A stretch of 64,000 bases of DNA, taken from positions 144,945 through 208,944 of the forward strand of contig CAZHDZ010000001.1 of assembly GCA_964531275.1 (NCBI GenBank). The letters are read 5' to 3'. Of the stretch, positions 30,800 to 40,800 are shown in pieces. The notes beneath the pieces are model-generated. The model saw nothing but the letters and a program-made list of their open reading frames with translations, was not told where the DNA came from and searched no databases. This DNA is from an uncultured Gammaproteobacteria bacterium. GTDB taxonomy: Bacteria > Patescibacteriota > Microgenomatia > Levybacterales > GWA1-39-11. The translations under genes were made by a program, and so were the position numbers. The first letter of the stretch is position 1, and each line of letters starts with the position of its first letter.

Positions 30800-32287
30800 T
30801 CAGATTTTGATAAGCTTTATGTCTCCTTCTCTAAAAACCACCTTTGATTTAGGAAGAGAAAGATCACTTTCTCTGGCAAAGCTTTCTCTTAGTAAAATGT
30901 AGTTCAAGGAGTACTCCTTCTTAAGGTTATAAATAGAGTCTTTGAGTATAGGAAAGAACTTTTCTAATTTCATAAGCCCTGGGTTATCAGCATTCACTAA
31001 CACATCTGCTTTTGTATTAAAAACAGTCATTGTTGTTACTTGATGTGGTATGCACATGATACGAGGGTTTCCGGGTAGTTTATTTATGAAAGCGTATACT
31101 TTTTCAAGCTCAGGAGTTAGAGACCTATTCTTATCTTTGATAATCCCCTTAATTTGTATATATATTGTCATGCATAGATTTATCAGCACTAAAGAAGTGA
31201 AACCAACAACTACGAGAGTCCCATATAGTCCGTATAAATAAAACACTAAAAAAGATGTAAGGATTGAGGCTGGCACTGTGCACATCTCAAGATACCTCTG
31301 GCCTTCACCTATAGGAATTAGGAATTTAAATCGCAAAACAAAACAGCCTAAAATATAGAAAAATAATATCCATAATGCAAAATAGGAGAGTATAGGATCT
31401 GCGTCAAGTAAATTATTAGCGTGATATAAGTATAAAAATACAAATGAGGAAGCAGCCCACACGTTTGTTATCAGTAAAAATATAGGCGAGAAGTCGGAAA
31501 GCAATTTATAAACTATTCCAACCCAGTCTGACTTTTTGTTACTTGAGAGGCCATATATTTGGTGTGCAAATCTGAAGCGATAATTAATAACCCAGAAATA
31601 AATATTGGAAAGGTGTCCATGCGCAACTCTTAGGTAATAACCCCTTGTTGTAATTACAGCTAGAGTAAATCCAAGAATTGGAACAGCTACAAAATGAACT
31701 GAACCAAGCAGCGATGCCATAAATACGCATATGAACAAGTACGCTTGCAATGCAAATCGGTGTGTAAGAAATAATATTGTTGAAGTGATTACTGCAATGA
31801 GTATTGTGGTATTTGTAGGATTAAGTTGATATGAAATTAACGGATAGAAAGCAATAGTAAAAGAAAGATAGCCTAGAGATCTAGGTGTGAGATAGCTATT
31901 TTCGACTACAACCATTGGGGTCATAATATAGACAAGCTGTGCTACTAATGACATAGCTATTGAATTTGTCATCTGATAGCAAATTACAAAGACTAGTATT
32001 GTTTGGAGAGAATCAATAAGAGGAGAGATAAAACCCTGATACTTAAGAATTGTTTTCTTAGAAAAGAAGGAAAACAGAAAAGGAAAGACTGGAGGGTAGT
32101 CAAAATTACCGGGAATTATAAAACCTTTTTCAACTTTATTTGGAATTCTGTGGTGGGCGTTTCTAAATGCCTGAATTTCAAGAAGCCGAGTCCAAACATC
32201 GACTCCAAAAGAACGATTAAATAGTCTTGGGTATGATTGAAGAATGAATCCCAGGACAGGTACAATAATTGCTATCAATAAAATCAT
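30800..32287 (-). CDS. Polytopic membrane protein, probable GT-C (paralog of 29331-30797)
   Basis: 495 aa. YPRLFNRSFGVDVWT, PGNFDYPP, TPRSLGY, GEGQRYLE and CIPHQ motifs, colinear with the convergent neighbour. Confidence 0.6.
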   Translation of the reverse strand: MILLIAIIVPVLGFILQSYPRLFNRSFGVDVWTRLLEIQAFRNAHHRIPNKVEKGFIIPGNFDYPPVFPFLFSFFSKKTILKYQGFISPLIDSLQTILVFVICYQMTNSIAMSLVAQLVYIMTPMVVVENSYLTPRSLGYLSFTIAFYPLISYQLNPTNTTILIAVITSTILFLTHRFALQAYLFICVFMASLLGSVHFVAVPILGFTLAVITTRGYYLRVAHGHLSNIYFWVINYRFRFAHQIYGLSSNKKSDWVGIVYKLLSDFSPIFLLITNVWAASSFVFLYLYHANNLLDADPILSYFALWILFFYILGCFVLRFKFLIPIGEGQRYLEMCTVPASILTSFLVFYLYGLYGTLVVVGFTSLVLINLCMTIYIQIKGIIKDKNRSLTPELEKVYAFINKLPGNPRIMCIPHQVTTMTVFNTKADVLVNADNPGLMKLEKFFPILKDSIYNLKKEYSLNYILLRESFARESDLSLPKSKVVFREGDIKLIKI

Positions 32288-32289
32288 TA

Positions 32290-33249
32290 TTAGTAAGCAT
32301 CTTTTTTCCAGCCATATTCATCAACTAGTTCAAGAATTTCTTTTATGCCTTCTTCAATACCATACTGGGGGCTAAAATCTAGAAAGCCTTTTGCCTTTGT
32401 AATATCTTGCGCTCCACGAAAAACCTGTTGGACAGTGGGCTCTTTAACCTCATAAGAAAATTTTGGAAAATGTTTTTTAAGAATTTCTGCAAAATCTGTA
32501 GCAGATCTTGGTTCTCCTCTGGATATATTAAAAGTCTGGTATACAGCACTTGGTCTTTCTACTGTTAATGCAAATCCCTCGGCTACATCCTCAACGTATG
32601 AAAAGTCTAACGTCTCTCCTCTAACCACCCATGCAGATTTACTTGTCAGTGCGGCATCAAGGAGAAGCTGCGTCACACGGTTTGCTGCATCTGTGTATCC
32701 GTATACAGAGGTTGGTCTTACAATTACCCATTCTTTTTTTGAAAGCCTTACGAAATATTCTCCTGCAGCCTTGCATGCACCATAGCTATTTATAGGATTA
32801 AGGATAACGTCTTCGGGTTGTGGGCTTTTTGTGAAATGACCATAAGTCATGCTTGAAGAAGTGTAAATTATCTTTGTAGCGCTACTGGATTTTTCAAATT
32901 CTTCCAGAACATTAAGCGTTCCATATAGTGTGATTGGAATCATCTCATCTTCAAATTCTGGGAGAGGTCTTGCCATAGGAATTGCCGCAAGATGAATAAC
33001 GATGTTGGGATTGAATTCATCAAAGGCTTTCTTGACATGTGCTTTATTTCTAATATCACCTTTTAGACTGTATGAGATTTTATTTTTATAGAGTTTTTTC
33101 CTATGTAATAACGCTGCCTTATGATATTTTGGTTTGTTAATAAAGCTAGAATTGTTATCAAGCACCCCAACTTCATAACCTCGTCCAAGGAGTTTGTGTG
33201 CGACTGCACTTCCAATTAGTCCATTGCCTCCAGTTATGAGTACTTTCAT
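32290..33249 (-). CDS. NAD-dependent epimerase/dehydratase (extended SDR)
   Basis: LITGGNGLIG, IHLAA, TSSSMTYG, YGACK (YxxxK) and DFSYVEDVAEG motifs. Confidence 0.88.
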   Translation of the reverse strand: MKVLITGGNGLIGSAVAHKLLGRGYEVGVLDNNSSFINKPKYHKAALLHRKKLYKNKISYSLKGDIRNKAHVKKAFDEFNPNIVIHLAAIPMARPLPEFEDEMIPITLYGTLNVLEEFEKSSSATKIIYTSSSMTYGHFTKSPQPEDVILNPINSYGACKAAGEYFVRLSKKEWVIVRPTSVYGYTDAANRVTQLLLDAALTSKSAWVVRGETLDFSYVEDVAEGFALTVERPSAVYQTFNISRGEPRSATDFAEILKKHFPKFSYEVKEPTVQQVFRGAQDITKAKGFLDFSPQYGIEEGIKEILELVDEYGWKKDAY

Positions 33250-33258
33250 ATGTCCTTG

Positions 33259-33287
33259 ATTGTAGACAAAGAATATGGTTTTATCAA
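33259..33287 (-). promoter_or_regulatory. Sigma70-type promoter, near-leaderless, for the SDR and membrane protein pair
   Basis: Minus strand reads TTGATA-17 nt-TACAAT, then 9 nt to the ATG at 33249. Confidence 0.6.
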
Positions 33288-33321
33288 TATGTTAGTTTGG
33301 TAAGATAATTAAGATATTATT

Positions 33322-34020
33322 ATGCAAAGTAGAATGAAGTTTCTTGCTAAAAGAGATGGGAAGAATGTGCTTGTTCCGGGACATTACTTTCTCTTTAATT
33401 GGGTAAAGCCATATATAAAAGGAAAGTCAGTTTTGGATATTGGTTGTTGGAGTGGACCGTTAGAGGAATTACTACAAAGCGTGAAATGTAAAGTGACAGG
33501 CATCGACATAGAGACCGCTCCATTAAAAGTAGCGAGTAGAAGATTTCCTGACTTCATCTTTTTCAAACATTCAATAATAGAGCAATTACCAATTCAAAAA
33601 AACCTATTTGATGTAGTTTTATATTTTATGGTAATAGAGCATATTCCAAGAGGCAGCGAATTAGTATCTTTGTTAAATATAAACAGAAGCATGAAAAAGG
33701 GGGGAGTGTTATTCATAAATACAATGAATAATAATTTACTATCCAATATTTTGGATCCCGCGTTTCTTTTTGGCCATAGGCATTATTCAAAAAAAGAATT
33801 ATACTCACTATTAAACCTTTCAGGGTTTGAAGTCAAAGAAACAAAATTCAATGCTGGTTTTTATACAACACTATCAATATTAATTTTATACTTCTGCAAG
33901 CACATATTACATATTCCGGAGCCGAGAAATCGTGTTATAGATGCCCTTGTCAGGAGAGACTATCAAGATAAAGGTTTTGCGGAAATTGATATAAGGGCTA
34001 TTAAGATTAAAAACTTATGA
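33322..34020 (+). CDS. Class I SAM-dependent methyltransferase
   Basis: VLDIGCWSG, VTGIDI, FDVV...VIEHI and MKKGG motifs. Confidence 0.85.
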   Translation: MQSRMKFLAKRDGKNVLVPGHYFLFNWVKPYIKGKSVLDIGCWSGPLEELLQSVKCKVTGIDIETAPLKVASRRFPDFIFFKHSIIEQLPIQKNLFDVVLYFMVIEHIPRGSELVSLLNINRSMKKGGVLFINTMNNNLLSNILDPAFLFGHRHYSKKELYSLLNLSGFEVKETKFNAGFYTTLSILILYFCKHILHIPEPRNRVIDALVRRDYQDKGFAEIDIRAIKIKNL

Positions 34021-35027
34021 AAAAAGTGTCAATAATAATCGTAAATTGGAATGGTCTTTCACATTTAAAAAAGTGCTTGCCAACACTCAAGAAAGTCACG
34101 TACAAGAACTTAGAGATTATACTCGTAGATAATGCTTCAAAAGATGATTCAGTTGCGTATGTTACCAAAAACTTTCCAAATATTAAGATAATTAAATGTA
34201 AAAAAAATCTAGGTTTCGCCGGTGGCAATAATGCAGGACTACCAGCAGTTACAGGGGATTATGTGCTTCTCCTTAATAATGACACAGTTGTTACCAAAGA
34301 TTTCGTAACAGAGTTGGTTGCGGCAGTGGAGGAAGACGATGAAATCGGGATAGTTCAGAGCAAAATACTATCTATGGATTATCCAAATAAGCTCGATTCA
34401 GTAGGTGCATTTTTAACATATACCGGCTTTTTATATCACTACGGGTATTTCCAGATTGATAAACGGAAATATGACAAGACAAAGTATCTTTATACTGCAA
34501 AAGGGGCATGCATGTTGGTGCGAGCAGACTTAATAACTCGGCTAGGACTTTTTGACGATGACTTCTTCGCATATTTTGAAGAAACAGACCTGTGCAATAG
34601 AGTTTGGATGGCAGGATATACCATAGTGTATGCTCCCAAATCTGTCATATATCATAAGGTTGGTGGCACGTCTAATGGAATGGAAAATGCATTTATTCAA
34701 TTTCATTCATTCAAAAATAGAATCAACTCTTATATTAAAAACCTAGAAGTAAAGAACTTAGCGTTAATATTACCCATTCACATTATTCTTTGTGAAGTGG
34801 CCGCAATTAGTTTTATTTTCAAATCAAGAATAGATTTATTTATGGCAATTAACAAAGCACTTCTATGGAACATAGCCAATCTTGAAAAGACATTAGCGAA
34901 AAGAAAGAAAATTCAAAAAATGAGAAAAGTATCTGATAGTGAATTTTTTCCAAAGGTTTTGAGAAATCCAAATCTTAATTACTATTATTCCCTATTTGCT
35001 AAAAGCTTGATAGGCTATAAGGAATGA
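34017..35027 (+). CDS. GT2 family glycosyltransferase
   Basis: IIVNWNG, VDNASKD, NLGFAGGNNAG, LLNNDT and FFAYFEETDLC motifs. Confidence 0.9.
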   Translation: MKKVSIIIVNWNGLSHLKKCLPTLKKVTYKNLEIILVDNASKDDSVAYVTKNFPNIKIIKCKKNLGFAGGNNAGLPAVTGDYVLLLNNDTVVTKDFVTELVAAVEEDDEIGIVQSKILSMDYPNKLDSVGAFLTYTGFLYHYGYFQIDKRKYDKTKYLYTAKGACMLVRADLITRLGLFDDDFFAYFEETDLCNRVWMAGYTIVYAPKSVIYHKVGGTSNGMENAFIQFHSFKNRINSYIKNLEVKNLALILPIHIILCEVAAISFIFKSRIDLFMAINKALLWNIANLEKTLAKRKKIQKMRKVSDSEFFPKVLRNPNLNYYYSLFAKSLIGYKE

Positions 35028-37063
35028 AAAAATATCTACTTTTTCTTGTATTCCTTGGACTAACATTCCTCTACTACCACAAAACTCTGAGCTCGTATTT
35101 CGAAGGTGATGAGTGGTTTTATTTCTCGGAATACTTTCCGCTTTTGATTAATCCATTTCTAGGTTTTTTCGTGGCTATTACGAAAGGAGTAACTGATGCA
35201 TATTGGATTTCAGCGGGCGGTCATGTTACGCCGTTGCAAAGTTTGCTTTGGTTTTTTCTCATAGTATTTTTCAAGCTCAACTTCAAGTTCTATGCTGTAA
35301 GCTCGTTAGTTTTGCATGCAGTGAATGTATTTTTGCTCTATGCATTAACAAAACAAATAATAAAAGATAAATTTTTCGCCTTCTGTGTAGCTGCTTTTTT
35401 TCTTACGAACTCTGCCCATTTCCAAGCAGTCAATTGGGCTATGGTTATAGTCTATGACCTTTTTCTAACAACTCTAATTCTTTTGTCTTTGCTGAGTCTT
35501 TTAAAATTTGGAAAGAATCAGCGATGGGTAGTTATCTCTACTGTTTGTTTTGTAAGTGCTCTTATGATTAAAGAAACAGCTGCCATCTTATTTATTATCT
35601 ATCCATTATTCTCTGCTTTTTTTAAGGCTAAGTATTTTAAAAAAAGCTTGTTTGTAACTGCTGCAATCTTTGTGTCCTACGTGCCCTTTAGATTCATTCT
35701 CCCACGTTTTTTTTCTGAGGGTAAACTGTTTCAAAACAATCTTGAGATAGGAATAAAAACTCTCCAAGATTTTCAACTTATTGTTACTAATATGTTTGTG
35801 CAGGATATTTACCCTTCAACGCTTGGATTGATTAAGATTCACCCCATGAATATGGTTGTTGTAGCTGCTTTAATTCTGGGAATGGTCTTGTTCAATCGTC
35901 AATATATGGGTGCAAGGATTGTTGTTTTTGGTATAGCAATTACACTTCTGAATGCTTCTTTAATTCTTCTTACTTCCCTCTTTTCACCCAGGCAACTTTC
36001 TTTTGAAATTGTTGATTCTAGATATTTATATTTAGTTTCAATTAGCGTTTCTTTAATAATTATAGGTATATATGTGATTATTATTGAAGGTTTAGCCATA
36101 AAGACTAAGTTGCGATATGTCCCTTTGTCCTTATTAGTTTTTCTCATGGCAATATTTAATTACAATTTATTGCAAAGAATATTAACGCCATATGTTGAGA
36201 CAGCCAAGATGAGACAGGATATTCTCAATTCTATTTTTGATGAAGTTAAGACACCTAGCGATAGATCAATTTTTTTGGTAGAAAGTAGCGGAAATTATTA
36301 TGGCTTTGCTCAGATTCCGCCATTTCAAACAAATCTAGGGCAAGTGCTTGCAGTTCACTATTTTAGCAGTGGAAATCTAAATAAAAGATTTATAAATGAT
36401 AGATCAGTACAAAAGAATCCGCTAGACAAAAATTGGCTTCTTGTTGATGGAAATAAGTCATTTGGATATTACCTCAGTAGAGAGCAGCTTATACAAGATG
36501 CACTGAAATTTAATATAAGCCCTCAAACTGTTCATGCATACACATGGGAGCCTGAGGAGAAAAAACTTGAAAGAAATACAGAAAAATTCATTCCAGAGTT
36601 AGAGCTAGAACTTTCTCAGAGACAACAACTACGTGAATGGAAGAAAGTACATCTTGATAGTTTTAGTTTTAAGATAGACCCATCCTATTCTGAAACGCAT
36701 TTAGGGCAGGATTCAGTAGTTCTAGGACATAATGAAACAATAACTGTTAAACGCATGACTAAGGATCCATCTATTTTTTTCCATGACTTTGCTCCTAGTA
36801 TATTTGACAGCAATGGAGACAAGATCTTAGACAGGACAAAGTTGTTAAATATTACTAAAGAAAATGGCGAGTTGGTAACTACACTCTATGTTCTTTCAGG
36901 AAACTACCCAATGTATTTGATTCCAATTAGTGATGGTATTTCTTATATAGAAATTTCAGCTAATGGGAATAGGTTCTATAGAGACGTCGACTCGCTCGAT
37001 GAAGAAAAAAGAAATAGTTTTATTGAGTTAATAATCAAATCTATTATTCTTAAGAGTTCTTGA
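35024..37063 (+). CDS. GT-C-type membrane protein with large extracytoplasmic C-terminal region
   Basis: SYFEGDEW after TM1, LHAVNVFLLY, HFQAVNW, KETA and RYLY motifs (TMTC/PMT-like GT-C core); about 290 aa soluble tail. Confidence 0.65.
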   Translation: MKKYLLFLVFLGLTFLYYHKTLSSYFEGDEWFYFSEYFPLLINPFLGFFVAITKGVTDAYWISAGGHVTPLQSLLWFFLIVFFKLNFKFYAVSSLVLHAVNVFLLYALTKQIIKDKFFAFCVAAFFLTNSAHFQAVNWAMVIVYDLFLTTLILLSLLSLLKFGKNQRWVVISTVCFVSALMIKETAAILFIIYPLFSAFFKAKYFKKSLFVTAAIFVSYVPFRFILPRFFSEGKLFQNNLEIGIKTLQDFQLIVTNMFVQDIYPSTLGLIKIHPMNMVVVAALILGMVLFNRQYMGARIVVFGIAITLLNASLILLTSLFSPRQLSFEIVDSRYLYLVSISVSLIIIGIYVIIIEGLAIKTKLRYVPLSLLVFLMAIFNYNLLQRILTPYVETAKMRQDILNSIFDEVKTPSDRSIFLVESSGNYYGFAQIPPFQTNLGQVLAVHYFSSGNLNKRFINDRSVQKNPLDKNWLLVDGNKSFGYYLSREQLIQDALKFNISPQTVHAYTWEPEEKKLERNTEKFIPELELELSQRQQLREWKKVHLDSFSFKIDPSYSETHLGQDSVVLGHNETITVKRMTKDPSIFFHDFAPSIFDSNGDKILDRTKLLNITKENGELVTTLYVLSGNYPMYLIPISDGISYIEISANGNRFYRDVDSLDEEKRNSFIELIIKSIILKSS

Positions 37064-37141
37064 AATTATTGCAAGCATTATTTCGTTATCACTTTAAAGA
37101 AAAACATCATAAGTGATTCTATTAATAGCGTTATTATTATG

Positions 37142-37147
37142 TATAAT
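37142..37147 (+). promoter_or_regulatory. Candidate -10 box for a leaderless transcript
   Basis: TATAAT 8 nt before the ATG at 37156, inside a 92-nt intergenic gap. Confidence 0.45.
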
Positions 37148-37155
37148 CAATTGAA

Positions 37156-37830
37156 ATGAAAGCAAAAAAATTTGAAGAGTCTTATTTTAAAGGGTGGTAT
37201 AAGAGTGCTGTTGGCAATTTTACAGCAGAAGATTTAAAAATTTCGAAGCGTTGGTTTTACGCTTGGCTTGTAAAGCTTAATGAATATGTGCCTTTACAAA
37301 AGGGTCATGGGAAGAGGGTTCTTGAGATAGGTTGTTCCATAGGTGCAGTATCTAACTTGCTTTCTGAAAGAGGGTTTAGTGTTTGGGCAACAGACATCTC
37401 AAGTTATGCAGTAAAAAAAGCTCAGAAATTGACTCCAGCTGCTAAATTTTCAGTTTTAGATATTCAGCAAAAGATAACTCTAAAAGAGAAATTTGATTAC
37501 ATTATCGCATTTGAAGTTGTAGAGCATTTAGACAAACCAGAGAAGAGTATAAAGAATATGTATGATGCACTTATACCACGGGGGAAAGTAATCGTTTCAA
37601 CACCTTTTCCGTATCCTTGGAATTTTCGAGACCCAACCCACATAAATGTTAAATACCCAAATGAATGGGTTGCTATCATGAAAGAGGTAGGATTTAAAAA
37701 GGTGTCATATCATAGATTTACCCTTATACCATTCTTCTACAGATTTAATAAAAGATTTCAATTTATAATTCCATTTGCTATACCGCTCCCATATTTAAAC
37801 AGTCCTATTTTCTTTATTGGTACTAAATGA
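37156..37830 (+). CDS. Class I SAM-dependent methyltransferase
   Basis: VLEIGCSIG, ATDIS, FDYIIAFEVVEHL and STP...DPTHIN motifs. Confidence 0.87.
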   Translation: MKAKKFEESYFKGWYKSAVGNFTAEDLKISKRWFYAWLVKLNEYVPLQKGHGKRVLEIGCSIGAVSNLLSERGFSVWATDISSYAVKKAQKLTPAAKFSVLDIQQKITLKEKFDYIIAFEVVEHLDKPEKSIKNMYDALIPRGKVIVSTPFPYPWNFRDPTHINVKYPNEWVAIMKEVGFKKVSYHRFTLIPFFYRFNKRFQFIIPFAIPLPYLNSPIFFIGTK

Positions 37831-40800
37831 AACGAATCAAAAGAAGCAGGGTCGAGATTATCGTTATTATTTTGCTTGGATTAATTCCGTTGCTGTGGTT
37901 TCGTGGCACAGAAGTTATATTAGGACATGATTCAGGTCTACCTCTATCACCGATACCCCACTTCTTAGACCGTCTATACGCATGGACTGTAAGATTTGGA
38001 TTTGGCAACGATCAGACATATGCAATTCCCGGCTTCTTTATTCATGGTTTGGAAGCTTTAGTTTCTTCCTTGGGATTTGATTTGCAGTCAATGCAAAAAA
38101 TTACTTTTTCCATTTGGTTTGTTCTCCCCGGAGTTACTATGTATTACTTAGGAAGCCGTCTTGAAAAAAAACTAAAGATTAATTTTCTAAGTCTGCCTGC
38201 AGCAGTTTTTTACATGATTAATCATTTTTTATTGCAGGGATGGTTTGTGGCAGAAAGAACTAAATTTTCAGTATATGCTGCGCTTCCTCTCATGATAGCG
38301 ATCCTATTAGATTGGAGTGACGGAAGGAGGAAGACGTTTACCGCTGCCGTATTAATTGCTCTGATATTTTTTGTACTGAATGGTTTGGCAAGCTTACCAC
38401 TATTTGGAGGGGTGATTATTGCCTTGATTGTTTTTATTTTTTACTATTTATATCAGCAGTTTTCATGGATAAGGATAGGATCACTCTTTCAACTTTTTGG
38501 TGTAACGTTAGTAGTAAGCGTTGCGCTTCATGCATACTGGCTGGTACCTTTTGTATTTTCATTAAAAACTTCCTATAGCGAGTCTGTGACTTTTTTTGGC
38601 GGGAAGGAGGGAATTCTTGATTGGGTAAAATACGCAAGCCTTAATAGCTCCTACAATAATCTATTGCGCCTGCAAGGGGTTCCTGAGTGGTACCAAAATC
38701 CTGGTCACCCATATGCAAATAATTTCTTAACTAATCCTCTGCTTATTTTTATTAGTGTTGCAATCCCCATTTGTGTTTTTTCAACACTTCTTATTTTTAA
38801 GAAGAGCGCTGAAAAAAAAGTAATACTTTTTTTTGGCCTTCTGGCTATAGTCTCTTTGCTATTCGTTGCAGGTGCACATCCACCTTTCGGAACTTTGTAT
38901 ATTTTCTTAATGCAAAATATTCCAGGGTTTATAGCATTCAGAAATCCATTCTACAAATTTTCTCCCTCATTATGGCTTGCATATGCTGTTCTTATTGGCT
39001 TTTTTATAAGCTTTATCATGAGTAGGGTCGTTGTAATAAACAAAAAAATTGCTTATGTTTTTTATTCGTTCGTAATAATTGGAATAGTACTTTATAGCTA
39101 CCCATTCCTTAATGGTACTTTTTTTGATTATGTTAAAAACGAACGCTCAAATAGAGTTGTGGTTCCATCCTATATTATGGACTTTGGTAAATGGAGTGAG
39201 AGTAGGGAGAGGATAGATAAAAAAACTTTAATGTTGCCCCCTCCGAATATTGATGGAACTGTGGAGGAATACACCTGGGGATATTGGAGTCTAGCACCAA
39301 TCAGTACGCTTTTGACAAATGCTCCAATTCTTAATAATAGCCTGTTCCTGGGTAAAAACGAAAAGACCATGCTTACCACTCTATATTCAATGATGGAAAA
39401 GGATGAGCAAGGTTGGGAACAGCTAGCTAAAATAATGGGGATAGACTCTTTTGTTGTAAGAGATGATTTTGTTTGGGATAATCCCTCTTCGCCTTCAGTA
39501 AATCCTGCCGTTTATCAAAAAGCATTAACATCCAAAAATGTTCAAAAGGTAAAAGAATTTGAGAAGTGGCATATATACGATCTCAAAGAAGGACGGGATG
39601 ATTTTCTCCAATATAACACCTATTCTTTTGTAGCCGGTGATGTAGGAACTATTGGAAAAATTGCATCTCTTCCTGGGTATTCTTATGAAGAGCCTTTAGT
39701 AGCAGATACGAACGGAAATAGTTTGCTCAAAATGAGTCCAAACACCTACTATCTTGATAGTTATTGTGTGATGTGTGATTTGCAGTGGAAATTTATAAAT
39801 ACACTTGCTTATACACCAACAATTACGCAAGGGTCATTTATGTACCCTATCATAGGGAGGAATGTGTATCAAGAAATTTCTTTGCTGGATCAACCGCAGG
39901 AACTGGCTATATATTATTCAGAAAAGGCGCTGCGAGATATATTAGGTCTACAAAAAAGTATTGATTTAGCAGAAAAAGATGACGTTTTAAAAGAGATAAT
40001 AACCGACATCGAGGAGGACTTATTTAATATAAGAAGAACGGTGCAGTTAAGTCAAAATGAAATTAATAATGTCACGAAACTAGACATACTATCATTCATA
40101 AGAACGCAAAAAGTAGTTATTAGCCAAATTAAGGAAAAAAATTTAAGTTCGATTTCTATGGATAAGATGCTTAAGGCAATCGAAATTAATGAAAGTTTTT
40201 TAAATCAAATTACCTTTAGAACCTCATCAGAAACAAAGAAGCAACTATTGGTAACTTCGCCAATAGCCCATGAATATAGTGTGTATTATCGACCTAATGA
40301 TAATATTGAAGATAGCAATTCTGTAAGCATTTCAATAAATAATCAGCAGCTTATTTTACCTGTTCTTGAAGAAGATGGGCGGTGGAGAAAGCTTTCTGAA
40401 GTAAATTTAAATAAAGGTCTGAATACTATAGTTGTTCAACAGCCAATTAATGATATTCAGAAGCAAAAATCAGTCAGGCTTGTTGAGTCAACCAATGGTT
40501 GTTATTATTCCGAGAAGATTGATTCAAAACGTGGAGATATATTTAAGCTTACATTTGATCATAGACTTTTATCCAGCTACGATAAGTTCTTCGTAACATT
40601 TGTACCTGCTGGAGAAAGCGTTGATAAGGCACCTAGTATAGATTCTCTAACATCGGTAAAAGGCAGTAGACTCTATGAGACTACATACGCGCCAATTGCT
40701 GGACGTAGCTTTCAATTCGTTATTTGTAACACTTCTATACACAATGACCCTAAGCATTCCGATATACAAATTGAGAATATAAGTATGCGAAAAATAGCTG

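Noticed and set aside
29331-32287. Possible recombinase-driven invertible switch formed by the inverted paralogs
   Set aside because: Similarity is visible mainly at protein level. No long identical DNA inverted repeats or recombinase gene were seen.
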